DNA from: a virus
Taxonomy: Duplodnaviria > Caudoviricetes
Strand: one strand, 5' to 3'
Virus record (IMG/VR): IMGVR_UViG_3300015607_003363
Span: 43,910-107,909 of that record
Length of the DNA stretch: 64,000 bases
The notes beneath the pieces were generated by a model that was not told where the DNA came from, did not search any database, and saw only the letters and a list, made by a program, of their open reading frames with translations. Position numbers and translations under genes: made by a program. Of this stretch, positions 38,541 through 47,668 are shown piece after piece; position 1 is the stretch's first letter, and each line of letters starts with the position of its first letter.

Positions 38541-39502
38541 GATTATTATTGACACATAAGCCCGGTGGCGCTTATGGAATTATTTCCGAGTCGTGGGCGA
38601 ACGCTGCCAAGGACATGGGAATAACAGTAGCCAGATGGAATGGCGATATTCATTCTTGGTTCTCTTTCAAACCGGATGTCTATATTGGCTGCAGTGGTCA
38701 CAGACAACCTATTCCTGTCAATCATGGCGCTAAGATCGCTATCCATGTCAATCCTATTGACAAGAAGTGTGGATTTGATGATTCCTCAGAAGCAGCCGAG
38801 TGGGTCGTAAGACATAAGCCAGATGTTGTTTTCGGATATGCTTTACCTTGTGATGCTCATTGGTGGGACAGATGGACTGGTAGATACAATATTCCTTTTG
38901 TCCCCATGGCGACTGCCGGGGACATCACGCTTTATAAGCCAGATTATGCGATTCCTGATTCGATCGATCTGGCTTATGTTGGCGGCTACTGGCCTTATAA
39001 GGCCAAATCAATCGATAAATTCTTGATTCCTGCGATTAAGCAATTTAACTCTCAGGTCTATGGGTGGGGTAACTGGCCAGTCGCTGCTGGTCAAATTGAG
39101 GACAGTCAAATACCTGTTTTGTTGAATAAGGCAAAAGTCGGTCCTTGTATTTCCGAGCCGCATACGCATTCGTTGGGATTTGATTTGCCGGAGCGTGTGT
39201 TTAAAGTTATTCTTTCTGGTGCTATTCCTGTGCACGATCCTGCTTTAAACATAAACAAGATTGTTGATGGGATACCATCGGCAAAGTCACCTGATGATTT
39301 CGTTCATTTGTGTCGTGTCTGGATTGAAGCTCAGGAAACGGTGCGTAAGAAATTGTCATTCAAATTGGTTAAGAGTCTGGTGGAGAATGGTCATACTTAC
39401 CACCATAGATTAGCTAATCTGCTGCGATTTCTTGGTTTTGAATACGTAAATATTGCTAAGGAGAAATGCGACGCATATCTCTCTAGCATTGGGAATCCTT
39501 GA
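38537..39502 (+). CDS. GT-B glycosyltransferase (CgeB/GT4-like)
   Basis: DLAYVGG, YGWGNW, ERVFK...GA, HTYHHR. Confidence 0.72.
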   Translation: MRLLLTHKPGGAYGIISESWANAAKDMGITVARWNGDIHSWFSFKPDVYIGCSGHRQPIPVNHGAKIAIHVNPIDKKCGFDDSSEAAEWVVRHKPDVVFGYALPCDAHWWDRWTGRYNIPFVPMATAGDITLYKPDYAIPDSIDLAYVGGYWPYKAKSIDKFLIPAIKQFNSQVYGWGNWPVAAGQIEDSQIPVLLNKAKVGPCISEPHTHSLGFDLPERVFKVILSGAIPVHDPALNINKIVDGIPSAKSPDDFVHLCRVWIEAQETVRKKLSFKLVKSLVENGHTYHHRLANLLRFLGFEYVNIAKEKCDAYLSSIGNP

Positions 39503-39525
39503 TAACAAGCTGTTTAGGAAGAAAC

Positions 39526-40506
39526 ATGAGTAAGTGTGCATTGATTACTGGCATATCTGGCCAGACTGGTTCGTATCTCGCTGAGCTTCTCTTGTCTAAG
39601 GGTTATGAAGTTCATGGAATCGTAAGGAGAACCACAGCGAACGATAAGTTTCATAGGCTGACTACGATTCTTCATGATTTGGTCATTCATGATGGCGATC
39701 TGCTCGACCAAGGCTCTTTAGAAAAAGCAATAAAGGCAGCTAACCCCGACGAGATTTACAATTTGGCTGCTCAGAGTTTCGTTGGCACAAGCTGGACGCA
39801 ACCGGGTCTGACAGCTATGACGACTGGCCTTGGTACTCTTAATGTTCTGGAGGCAATGAGGAAATATGCGAAGGATGCTCGATTTTATCAGGCTTCAACT
39901 AGCGAGTTGTTTGGTGAGGTCAAGGAGACACCACAGGACGAGGATACTCCTTTCTACCCGCGAAGCCCCTACGGTGCTGCAAAGGCGTATGCTCACTACA
40001 TCACGGTGAATTATCGTGAATCGCACGGTCTTTTCGCTTCTTGTGGCATTGCCTATAATCATGAATCGCCACGAAGAGGCACTGAGTTCGTTACCAGAAA
40101 GATTACAAAGGCTGTGGCCGACATTGTCGCTAAGAAACAGTCAGAGGTCAGGCTTGGCAACTTAGAAGCAAAGCGTGACTGGATGTCTGCCAAATGTGCT
40201 GCGCGGGCCATGTGGATGATTCTACAGCATGATAAGCCGGATGATTTCGTCATTGGTACAGGCGAGACGTGGTCAGTCAGGCAGTTCGCTGAGGCGGCTT
40301 TCAATTATGTTGATTTGGATTATAGAGATTATGTCGTTGAAGATGCTTCTCTGATTCGTCCTGCTGAAGTTGACATCTTATTGGCCGATCCTACCAAGAT
40401 TAGGGCTGTTCTAGGATGGAAACCTGAGATGTCGTTTGCACAGCTGGTGGAATGGATGGTACAAAGTGATTTGAAATTGAATGGTGTATGTTGTAATCAA
40501 AAATAA
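39526..40506 (+). CDS. gmd: GDP-mannose 4,6-dehydratase
   Basis: LITGISGQTGSYLAELL, YNLAAQSFV, YQASTSELFG, PRSPYGAAK, NHESPRRG.EFVTRKI, LGNL.AKRDW. Confidence 0.95.
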   Translation: MSKCALITGISGQTGSYLAELLLSKGYEVHGIVRRTTANDKFHRLTTILHDLVIHDGDLLDQGSLEKAIKAANPDEIYNLAAQSFVGTSWTQPGLTAMTTGLGTLNVLEAMRKYAKDARFYQASTSELFGEVKETPQDEDTPFYPRSPYGAAKAYAHYITVNYRESHGLFASCGIAYNHESPRRGTEFVTRKITKAVADIVAKKQSEVRLGNLEAKRDWMSAKCAARAMWMILQHDKPDDFVIGTGETWSVRQFAEAAFNYVDLDYRDYVVEDASLIRPAEVDILLADPTKIRAVLGWKPEMSFAQLVEWMVQSDLKLNGVCCNQK

Positions 40507-40536
40507 TGTGAATAGTTCTCGTAAGGAATAAAAACC

Positions 40537-40926
40537 ATGGCTGCTCAACCACTCAATGCGGACATTTCTGTTCGTTACAACATCAGATCGTATCGCTCCG
40601 TTAAGAGGTCCGATACTGTTGCCGCTGGCATCTACCGTCTGCGACCATTGAATGTGGCAGTGCCCGGTATTGATGGTATCAAGGCTGAAGTTCAGACCCG
40701 CGATACCTCCAAGGCCGATTTCTCGCCATATGCTTCCGCTGGCTTCCCAATTGTCTACGGCCTTCATGGCGAGACTTCCTTCAAGGATATGGTGGACAAT
40801 ATCGCTGGTGCTGGGTTCGCCTTCAAGATTGGCACTGATAAGTTCATCCCACAAGCTGATAGTGCTTTGGAAGATGATATGTACGGCAGTGCTAAGACTG
40901 TGGATGCCACCTACGCCGCGGTATAA
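40537..40926 (+). CDS. Probable abundant virion protein
   Basis: AAGGA RBS, followed by a terminator, at the head of the structural module; function unknown. Confidence 0.55.
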   Translation: MAAQPLNADISVRYNIRSYRSVKRSDTVAAGIYRLRPLNVAVPGIDGIKAEVQTRDTSKADFSPYASAGFPIVYGLHGETSFKDMVDNIAGAGFAFKIGTDKFIPQADSALEDDMYGSAKTVDATYAAV

Positions 40927-40940
40927 TTAATTCGATCTTG

Positions 40941-40970
40941 AAATAGCCCAGAGTAATCTGGGCTATTTTC
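40941..40970 (+). terminator. Intrinsic terminator
   Basis: AAATAGCCCAGA-GTAA-TCTGGGCTATTT(T). Confidence 0.8.
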
Positions 40971-41007
40971 GTATACAAAATTACAAAGAATCATAGAGGT
41001 ACATGAT

Positions 41008-41544
41008 ATGTCGTTTGTTCAATTCACTGCTGAGATAAGCTTCGCTGAAACTGGAGACAGTAGAACTGCAAGATACGCTAGAATGAAAAAGCTTTCCATG
41101 AATTTATACAATCTGCTGTCAGCTGAGAGCAGTATCAACATGCCTAGGCCAGCTAGTGGGCATGATGTCAAGGCTAACGGCTGGTCATTATCGCGATTAA
41201 TATCGGGAATGAAATATGTTCCACAGTTTGGCGATTCACCGGCTAAATTGACTATGGTAGCTATTCATGATCTTGATCGTGAATTGCCGAACCCTTATGA
41301 AGACACGTTGGTTTTGGCTCATGGTGAATACTATGAGGGCTATCTGGCTACTGTACAAAAAGCAGCTGTAGGCAATCTGCAGGCCAGTTTCATGGCTTGT
41401 GTTAAAGAGGTCTACGATATACTGGTCACTGCTGTCAATTCATTGAATAGTGACCATGACGCTGGTGCATCTGTCTTCAGGCTTGAGTATGCCGGAATCA
41501 ATTTTGGTGGTCTGGTAAGAGGCTATCATTTCCCAAGAGATTAA
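41008..41544 (+). CDS. Hypothetical (probably virion) protein
   Basis: GAGGT RBS; upstream of the neck gene. Confidence 0.65.
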   Translation: MSFVQFTAEISFAETGDSRTARYARMKKLSMNLYNLLSAESSINMPRPASGHDVKANGWSLSRLISGMKYVPQFGDSPAKLTMVAIHDLDRELPNPYEDTLVLAHGEYYEGYLATVQKAAVGNLQASFMACVKEVYDILVTAVNSLNSDHDAGASVFRLEYAGINFGGLVRGYHFPRD

Positions 41545-41546
41545 TC

Positions 41547-42320
41547 ATGGCCATCATTGGACCACCAGACCTGCCGGTCGTAGTCAAATTGCCCGGCAGG
41601 GAAAACAACCAGATGAAGAGATGGGTTTGTGCCAAGCTCGGATTCCCTGTTACCTTACCAGAATTAACAGAAGACCAGTTTGAAATTGCCGAGAAATCAG
41701 CGCTTGATTTCATAGCTGGATATTTTCCTCGCGAACAGAAACTGGCGGTCTTTTATACTAAGCCGATGCAGAATACCTATCCTATGCCAGATGATGCATA
41801 TTGGATAGAGACTGTCTCTTGGGACCCTGCTCTAACCAATCTATTTGACATTTTTAATGCTGAAACGTTCCTGTTCAATTCGGGCTATCTGGCCGGTGTG
41901 AACGGTATGCTTCTTGATTACCACTTATTGCAGGCCTATCAGAAGTTTTCGAGGCGAGTCTTGTCTGTAGAAGGAAAATGGGAAGTAATAAATGAAGGAG
42001 GTCCGGACGGACCCGGTAAGCAGCTGATTAGACTCTATCCGACTCCAAGAGGGGCGTTTCCTGTCCTTGTGCTGTACTATCCTGTAGTCACTTACTTCAG
42101 AAGTCCGCAGGCCAGAGCGATAGCTTATGACTATATGCTAGCAGAATGTAAAGAAATGCTTGCTGCCAGTCGTAGGAAGATAGCAAACATGCCCGGTCCG
42201 AATGGTGGCAATATTTCATTGGATGGTGACCAGCTGATGCAGGAAGCCATAGCGATGAAGGCCGATCTCGTAACAAGGGCTATAAATCAAGGCGAGCCAA
42301 TGCAGTTTATCATCTACTAA
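41547..42320 (+). CDS. Neck protein (T4 gp13-like)
   Basis: KLGFPVTLPELTEDQ, LIRLYPTP, RRK...MPGPNGG.ISLDG..L..EA. Confidence 0.78.
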   Translation: MAIIGPPDLPVVVKLPGRENNQMKRWVCAKLGFPVTLPELTEDQFEIAEKSALDFIAGYFPREQKLAVFYTKPMQNTYPMPDDAYWIETVSWDPALTNLFDIFNAETFLFNSGYLAGVNGMLLDYHLLQAYQKFSRRVLSVEGKWEVINEGGPDGPGKQLIRLYPTPRGAFPVLVLYYPVVTYFRSPQARAIAYDYMLAECKEMLAASRRKIANMPGPNGGNISLDGDQLMQEAIAMKADLVTRAINQGEPMQFIIY

Positions 42321-42335
42321 CGAAGAGTAGTCATA

Positions 42336-42788
42336 ATGCCCAATGATGCGACTTATTCTTTGAAGATTTCCATTCTAGCCAATGATACTATTATCATTCC
42401 CGGCTGTGAATTTGCTACTTCTGTCACTTCTACTACTTATAATGCTAACGACATGCAAGGTTGTACTGTTCCAACCTTGAGTGTAAAGAAGGTTCTTGCT
42501 GCCATTCCCGGTAGCAAAGTAGTCAGGTTGTCCAATGGTACCGGAATTCCGACCAACAGGTTTTTACAGCTTCCTGAATCGTATGCTGGTTTGTGTTGTC
42601 TAAACCCAACTGACTGGTACAAGATATTACGTGATTTGGCGGCGATTCCTGATGATCTTGCGCCCGATTATGATAGCTGTCGGGTTGTCAATTACGATCC
42701 CGCTTATGATAATTATTGTGCAACCGGTGCGAAACGTCCAAGCAGTCCATATATCACTGACCCTAGTTCCATATTTTCTGTCAATTAA
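42336..42788 (+). CDS. Cys-rich hypothetical virion protein
   Basis: Located between the neck genes; six Cys. Confidence 0.6.
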   Translation: MPNDATYSLKISILANDTIIIPGCEFATSVTSTTYNANDMQGCTVPTLSVKKVLAAIPGSKVVRLSNGTGIPTNRFLQLPESYAGLCCLNPTDWYKILRDLAAIPDDLAPDYDSCRVVNYDPAYDNYCATGAKRPSSPYITDPSSIFSVN

Positions 42789-42796
42789 TATAATAT

Positions 42797-43408
42797 ATGC
42801 TCCATGAATTCGCCGGTCAAACTACAAACCCTGATGTCGCTGCTATTTTACCAAGATCATTGGTTGATTATAGGACTGATATACAACAGAAGTACTCGAT
42901 AATATCACAGCAGAATGAAAATTCGCCCGATATTGATATGGTCGGCTGTGTCAGTAAGGAAGTAGTGAGAATCAGCGGTGCTGAGATTCAGGTTTTCAGT
43001 CGCACTGACAATAACGACATTGACCATGTTTATCAAGAAGATCAGAACCCGACTTTTTATGCACCTATCCCGATCAAGGCGGTCTACAATGTACCGACTA
43101 TAGCTGTTTCTAGTGAGACATGGGGTCCGGATGCGAAGGTGTCTTTTGATGTGTTCTTCTCATATCAGGAACTTCTTGAGGTGTTTGGTGAGAGAATGAT
43201 CAGAATGGGCGACGTATTTAAGCTTCCATTGAATTTCGTCAAACCCGTAAAGATCAGGAACTTTGAGGTCACCTCTTCTTCTCCGCATCTTGTTTATATG
43301 AATCACTATGTATGGTGGAAATGCACAGTAATTAATATAACTGGCGATCCAGCCATTCGACCGGAGAAACGAGAGACTATTAGTATTGGTGATCATGAAC
43401 GCGAATGA
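42797..43408 (+). CDS. Head-closure/neck protein (gp14-like)
   Basis: E..RISG, DHVYQED...F..P, RMGDVF, FEV; position in the module. Confidence 0.6.
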   Translation: MLHEFAGQTTNPDVAAILPRSLVDYRTDIQQKYSIISQQNENSPDIDMVGCVSKEVVRISGAEIQVFSRTDNNDIDHVYQEDQNPTFYAPIPIKAVYNVPTIAVSSETWGPDAKVSFDVFFSYQELLEVFGERMIRMGDVFKLPLNFVKPVKIRNFEVTSSSPHLVYMNHYVWWKCTVINITGDPAIRPEKRETISIGDHERE

Positions 43409-43673
43409 GTTAATAGCTGCTATCGGTAGCGATGTCAACACTGTTTACGGTGATTTGACTGATGATGTCGTATGCCGAATTGAAGAACTCATTATGTTGA
43501 GACTCGGCGATCATAGGAATTCTGTACGTGTAAAATGCGGAATTAATTGTCAGCAGGAAGGGCGATATGGGATTGATCTAGAGATTTCTGCTGACAATGA
43601 AGATTCTCTAGCCTTAGCTGAAATGGTTTCCAATGATGTTTTGAATTTATTGGAGGCGGAAAATGATTCATGA
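43386..43673 (+). CDS. Hypothetical protein
   Basis: Coupled ORF. Confidence 0.55.
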   Translation: MVIMNANELIAAIGSDVNTVYGDLTDDVVCRIEELIMLRLGDHRNSVRVKCGINCQQEGRYGIDLEISADNEDSLALAEMVSNDVLNLLEAENDS

Positions 43674-44505
43674 TTTCAATAACTCTGTTACACAATTTAA
43701 TAACGGCATATCTACTATGCCAACGCCGAATCACCCAATAGGTCTGACTCAGTTGTCTGATCTTAATACGCCAGTTATTGGCAGTATTTCGATGCCTAAG
43801 CCCGGTCAGACTGATATATTGACCGGCAATCAAATGTGGACTGCTCCTTCTGATATTCATGATTTTACGGAGCCTGCTCTAAGACCGCTGGAAGAATCGA
43901 TGAAGATGTTCTTTTCTGGCATTAGAGTCCCTTATAAGGACGGATATCGGATGCTGAGGATCAGGATTGCTAATCCTCAGCGTGCTCTAGCGATTTGGCG
44001 TGATGAGTTGCTGGATGGTCGTGCTACTATTCCGGTCGGAGCTATTATTCGTGGCGGGTTCGACTATGACCGGACTAGGTATGCTCCTCCATACCATCCT
44101 ATGGCCTATCGATATAATAATCGATCAGGATCTTCTGTATCCATGGTGTATAAGCCCACTCCGATCAATGTGACTTATAGCTTGTCTGTGATGACTGAAT
44201 CGAAGACCGATGAAGGCCATTGTATGACTTCGATCATGCGTCGATTTCAGTCTGGTATTGCCGAATTTGTTGTCAATAGTGCTTACTCTCAATGGGTTGC
44301 TCGTGCCAATTATTCTGGCTCTGACACTCAAACTGAGCAGAGAGTTGATGATGGAGCTAAATCATTTGTTGTAACTGTATATAAGATGTCTGTGGAAGCT
44401 TGGCTTCCTCTGCCAGAGAGGTCAGTGCCTACTACTTTGGCCATCAACAGACAAATAGAGGCTGCAGACGGCACTACATTATTGCAGCAGAACGCATGGG
44501 GCTAA
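43663..44505 (+). CDS. Tail terminator / sheath stabiliser (gp15-like)
   Basis: IPVGAI.R.GFDYDRTR, PTPINVTYSL, VEAWL; upstream of the sheath gene. Confidence 0.68.
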   Translation: MIHDFNNSVTQFNNGISTMPTPNHPIGLTQLSDLNTPVIGSISMPKPGQTDILTGNQMWTAPSDIHDFTEPALRPLEESMKMFFSGIRVPYKDGYRMLRIRIANPQRALAIWRDELLDGRATIPVGAIIRGGFDYDRTRYAPPYHPMAYRYNNRSGSSVSMVYKPTPINVTYSLSVMTESKTDEGHCMTSIMRRFQSGIAEFVVNSAYSQWVARANYSGSDTQTEQRVDDGAKSFVVTVYKMSVEAWLPLPERSVPTTLAINRQIEAADGTTLLQQNAWG

Positions 44506-44506
44506 G

Positions 44507-44728
44507 ATGATTCGGAAAATCGATGAACAGGAAGAAGTTACCGTCTACAATAAATCTGGACAACTTATTTCGCTGCAATTGTCCGATGTTGGAGCTGATT
44601 TCTACCAGCAACAACAAGCTCATTTGATGGCCAATAAGACAATGACCATTCCCACTAAGTATCTTAATATCAATCAGATTAATAACTTGTTGATGAAAGG
44701 GTTTTTGTTGCTTGTGGCATCCAAATAG
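44507..44728 (+). CDS. Small hypothetical protein
   Basis: 73 aa between the gp15-like and sheath genes. Confidence 0.6.
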   Translation: MIRKIDEQEEVTVYNKSGQLISLQLSDVGADFYQQQQAHLMANKTMTIPTKYLNINQINNLLMKGFLLLVASK

Positions 44729-44739
44729 CTTTTATGTCT

Positions 44740-44789
44740 ATCACCCTGCTTTAGGCAAATTTGTAGTAGTTTCATGACAGCAGGGTGAT
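44740..44789 (+). promoter_or_regulatory. RBS-sequestering hairpin of the sheath gene
   Basis: ATCACCCTGCT (44740-50) is the perfect complement of AGCAGGGTGAT (44779-89), which contains the RBS. Confidence 0.7.
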
Positions 44790-44792
44790 CAA

Positions 44793-47636
44793 ATGTCTTC
44801 AATTTTCCTGTCGCCGGGTGTTTACCTTTTTGAGCAAGACCTTAGCCCACTGCCATCAGTGGCCGGTGCATTGCGCATCGCATTTGTCGGCACTGCTCAA
44901 AAAGGTCCGTTCAATACTCCGGTTTTACTCACTTCAGCTAAACAAGCAATCGACACTTTTGGCGAACCGATTCCTGAAGCATATATGATGTATGCCATTT
45001 TGGAATATTTCCAAGAAGGCAATCAATGTTATGCAGTCCGTGTTGGCGTTGAATGCGAAGACGGCCAAGATGCGGAACTGGATGCGATTTGTGTTGACCA
45101 GTCCGGTGCAAAGGTCGAAGGCTGGGGAAGAATTCCAGTCTTCACTGGTATCGATAAAGGTCGAATCGCATTACGCAACATCACTGCTGAAAACCCGATC
45201 ACCTTTCAGGCGGCAGCGCTCTCTACACCAGAATACTCTGATGCTGATTTGAGTTCCACTGACGGGGCGACGAATGCAGCTGCCGTTCTAACAGGTACTT
45301 ATACTGGCTCTATCTTTGAGAGCTATACCCTCATCATCACTGGCGAACCGAATCTGTCCAGTGCTGAAGCCATGGCCGGTGCGACTTACGAGATAGTTAG
45401 GTCGAGTGATGGTGAAATAGTCACATCCGGTATCTTAGCCGACCCTCTTCATACTGATGTCAGTCAGGTTATTGCGGTTGAGGAAGGCGTTAGCATTCAG
45501 ATTACTGTCAATTCTGGCCGACTTGATATTAATGACACGTTCACTTGGAACGCAACCCCGGACAACCGCACATTCCAATTCTCTGTAGAAGGTGTTGCTG
45601 GAGCGTCCTATCAGATGCCATCGGCAACCTATACTACAAATGCAACATTCGTGGCAGCTATCAATGCCCTAGTGGCTTCTGAAGACTATGCAGCCATTGA
45701 ATACACTGTGGATGGTGACACCATTCCACAGATTACGACCAATTTAGTTGGTCGATGGATTCAGCTACTCGGTTCTGAAGCATTTGCCACCTCAGTGGGC
45801 GTTGATCAGTACAAGTTTGATATTCCCAGAAGCTATCTGATTGGTACTGATGAAGAGCCATTCAACATCAATTCTGGCAACAACAAGCTAGTCATGAAGG
45901 TAGTGGGTTCCACTGAAACCTTGTCCGTCTCATTCTCTGTGGCGACAGGAACAAACTTCACTGCTAGTCAAGTCGCTGCCCTCTTTGACCCATCTGGTGT
46001 GATCAGCGGTAACAACGTTTACGATGTTATAACTATCACCGGAACAGATGGCAATGAGCATGTGGTCTTCATCGTCACCACCGATTACATGCTGTACACT
46101 CTCAAGATGATGGCTGATTTCACCAATCTTAAGACTATGAAATTGGCCCAGACTCTTGGAATCAACGCACCATACCAACTGAGCTATCGCGGATTCTTTG
46201 ATTCGAGAGTCAGCTTGCCAGCTGGTAGCATTGCCGATCCTGCTATCCCAGAATCTTGCAGCGATGATCCGCTGAGTGCTGCCTGTAATGCCGATTCTGA
46301 CTACTACAACAGTATTGTGGGCTGGTTGGTTGCTCCATCGGCTGGTACTTGGGTTGATCAGTATACAGTATCGCTTGATCTCTACACTGGTGGTCTGGGC
46401 AGTCCATCTGGGCGTTACCAGATTACCATCAGGGATCAGTCTGGTGTTACGATCAGTTCCATTAGGGATGTGACCTTTGACAAGACCAGCGACCGATATA
46501 TCGGCAATGTGCTCAATCCGGGTCAGGCTTTGGCTGGTGCTGCTGGCAATCCATTTGTCAATTGGGAACCACGTCCTGATTACCTTGAGTTCGATGTGAA
46601 TGCTGCTGATTACGAAGTCAGACAGCCTTCGACATTCAATGGACGTGTCTTTGCTGGTACTGCTAATGGCATCCCAACCGATTCGGCATACTCAAGCTTG
46701 CTTGATGCCGCTGTCATTGGGAATTCCGCCAATGGAACCGGCATTTTCGCTTTCCAGAATAGCGAAACATACGACATCAATTTGTTGGCCACTCCCGGTT
46801 TCAGTTCTGGATCGGTGATTGGTCAGGCCTTGCAGCTGTGCGAGACACGTGGAGATACCATTTATCTGGTCGATCCACCATTTGGTCTTCGACCTTCCGA
46901 AGTGGTCGATTGGCACAATGGCATTCTTACTAGCTCGCTGTCCTCGGCCATCAATTCGTCATACGGTGCTCTGTATGGTACTTGGGTCAAGGTCTTCGAT
47001 CAGTTCAACCGCATCGAGATCTGGATTCCACCATCAGGCCCGGTGTCTTCGGTCTTTGCCAGAACCGCTCGTACCACGGAACTATGGTTTGCTCCAGCCG
47101 GTCTGAACCGTGGTCGCCTGCTCACGGCATTGGATGTCGAATTCAATCCGACCGCTGGCGAACGAGACTTGATGTACGGGAATGAGAATGCAGTTAATGC
47201 TATTGTCAAGTTCCCTAACATCGGCACTGTGGTCTACGGCAATAAGACTCTTCAGCGAGCAGATACGCTGCTGAATCGAATCAGCACGAGAATGCTGGTA
47301 TCTTACTTGAAGAAGAATTCCACTCAGTCGCTTCGGCAGTTCCTGTTTGAGCCGATTGATGAGGTGTTGTTCGCTCAGGTGATTTCTGTGCTTGATCCTC
47401 TGGTAGGCAATGTTCTGGCCAAGCGTGGTGTTCGTGGATATAAGATTATCTGCGATAATACCAATAATACGCCGGATTCCATTGCACAGAATATTCTGAA
47501 TGTGGCAATTCTGGTTGCCCCATCCAGCCCAGCGGAATTCATCGCAGTCACAGTCGGTATCGTCAGAAGTGATGCAAGCTTCAGCATCGCAGAAGCTCTG
47601 ATCGCCGGAAACTTTATCACTGGCCTAGCAGCCTAG
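44793..47636 (+). CDS. Contractile tail sheath protein (gp18-like)
   Basis: LSPGVY..E.D, FVGTAQKGP, IPPSG, WFAPAGLNRG, RDLMY...VNAI, YGNKTLQ, RISTR, LFEP, CDNTNNTP. Confidence 0.95.
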   Translation: MSSIFLSPGVYLFEQDLSPLPSVAGALRIAFVGTAQKGPFNTPVLLTSAKQAIDTFGEPIPEAYMMYAILEYFQEGNQCYAVRVGVECEDGQDAELDAICVDQSGAKVEGWGRIPVFTGIDKGRIALRNITAENPITFQAAALSTPEYSDADLSSTDGATNAAAVLTGTYTGSIFESYTLIITGEPNLSSAEAMAGATYEIVRSSDGEIVTSGILADPLHTDVSQVIAVEEGVSIQITVNSGRLDINDTFTWNATPDNRTFQFSVEGVAGASYQMPSATYTTNATFVAAINALVASEDYAAIEYTVDGDTIPQITTNLVGRWIQLLGSEAFATSVGVDQYKFDIPRSYLIGTDEEPFNINSGNNKLVMKVVGSTETLSVSFSVATGTNFTASQVAALFDPSGVISGNNVYDVITITGTDGNEHVVFIVTTDYMLYTLKMMADFTNLKTMKLAQTLGINAPYQLSYRGFFDSRVSLPAGSIADPAIPESCSDDPLSAACNADSDYYNSIVGWLVAPSAGTWVDQYTVSLDLYTGGLGSPSGRYQITIRDQSGVTISSIRDVTFDKTSDRYIGNVLNPGQALAGAAGNPFVNWEPRPDYLEFDVNAADYEVRQPSTFNGRVFAGTANGIPTDSAYSSLLDAAVIGNSANGTGIFAFQNSETYDINLLATPGFSSGSVIGQALQLCETRGDTIYLVDPPFGLRPSEVVDWHNGILTSSLSSAINSSYGALYGTWVKVFDQFNRIEIWIPPSGPVSSVFARTARTTELWFAPAGLNRGRLLTALDVEFNPTAGERDLMYGNENAVNAIVKFPNIGTVVYGNKTLQRADTLLNRISTRMLVSYLKKNSTQSLRQFLFEPIDEVLFAQVISVLDPLVGNVLAKRGVRGYKIICDNTNNTPDSIAQNILNVAILVAPSSPAEFIAVTVGIVRSDASFSIAEALIAGNFITGLAA

Positions 47637-47668
47637 TCAGAAAGGTATTTCCTGACCCAGAAGAGGAC

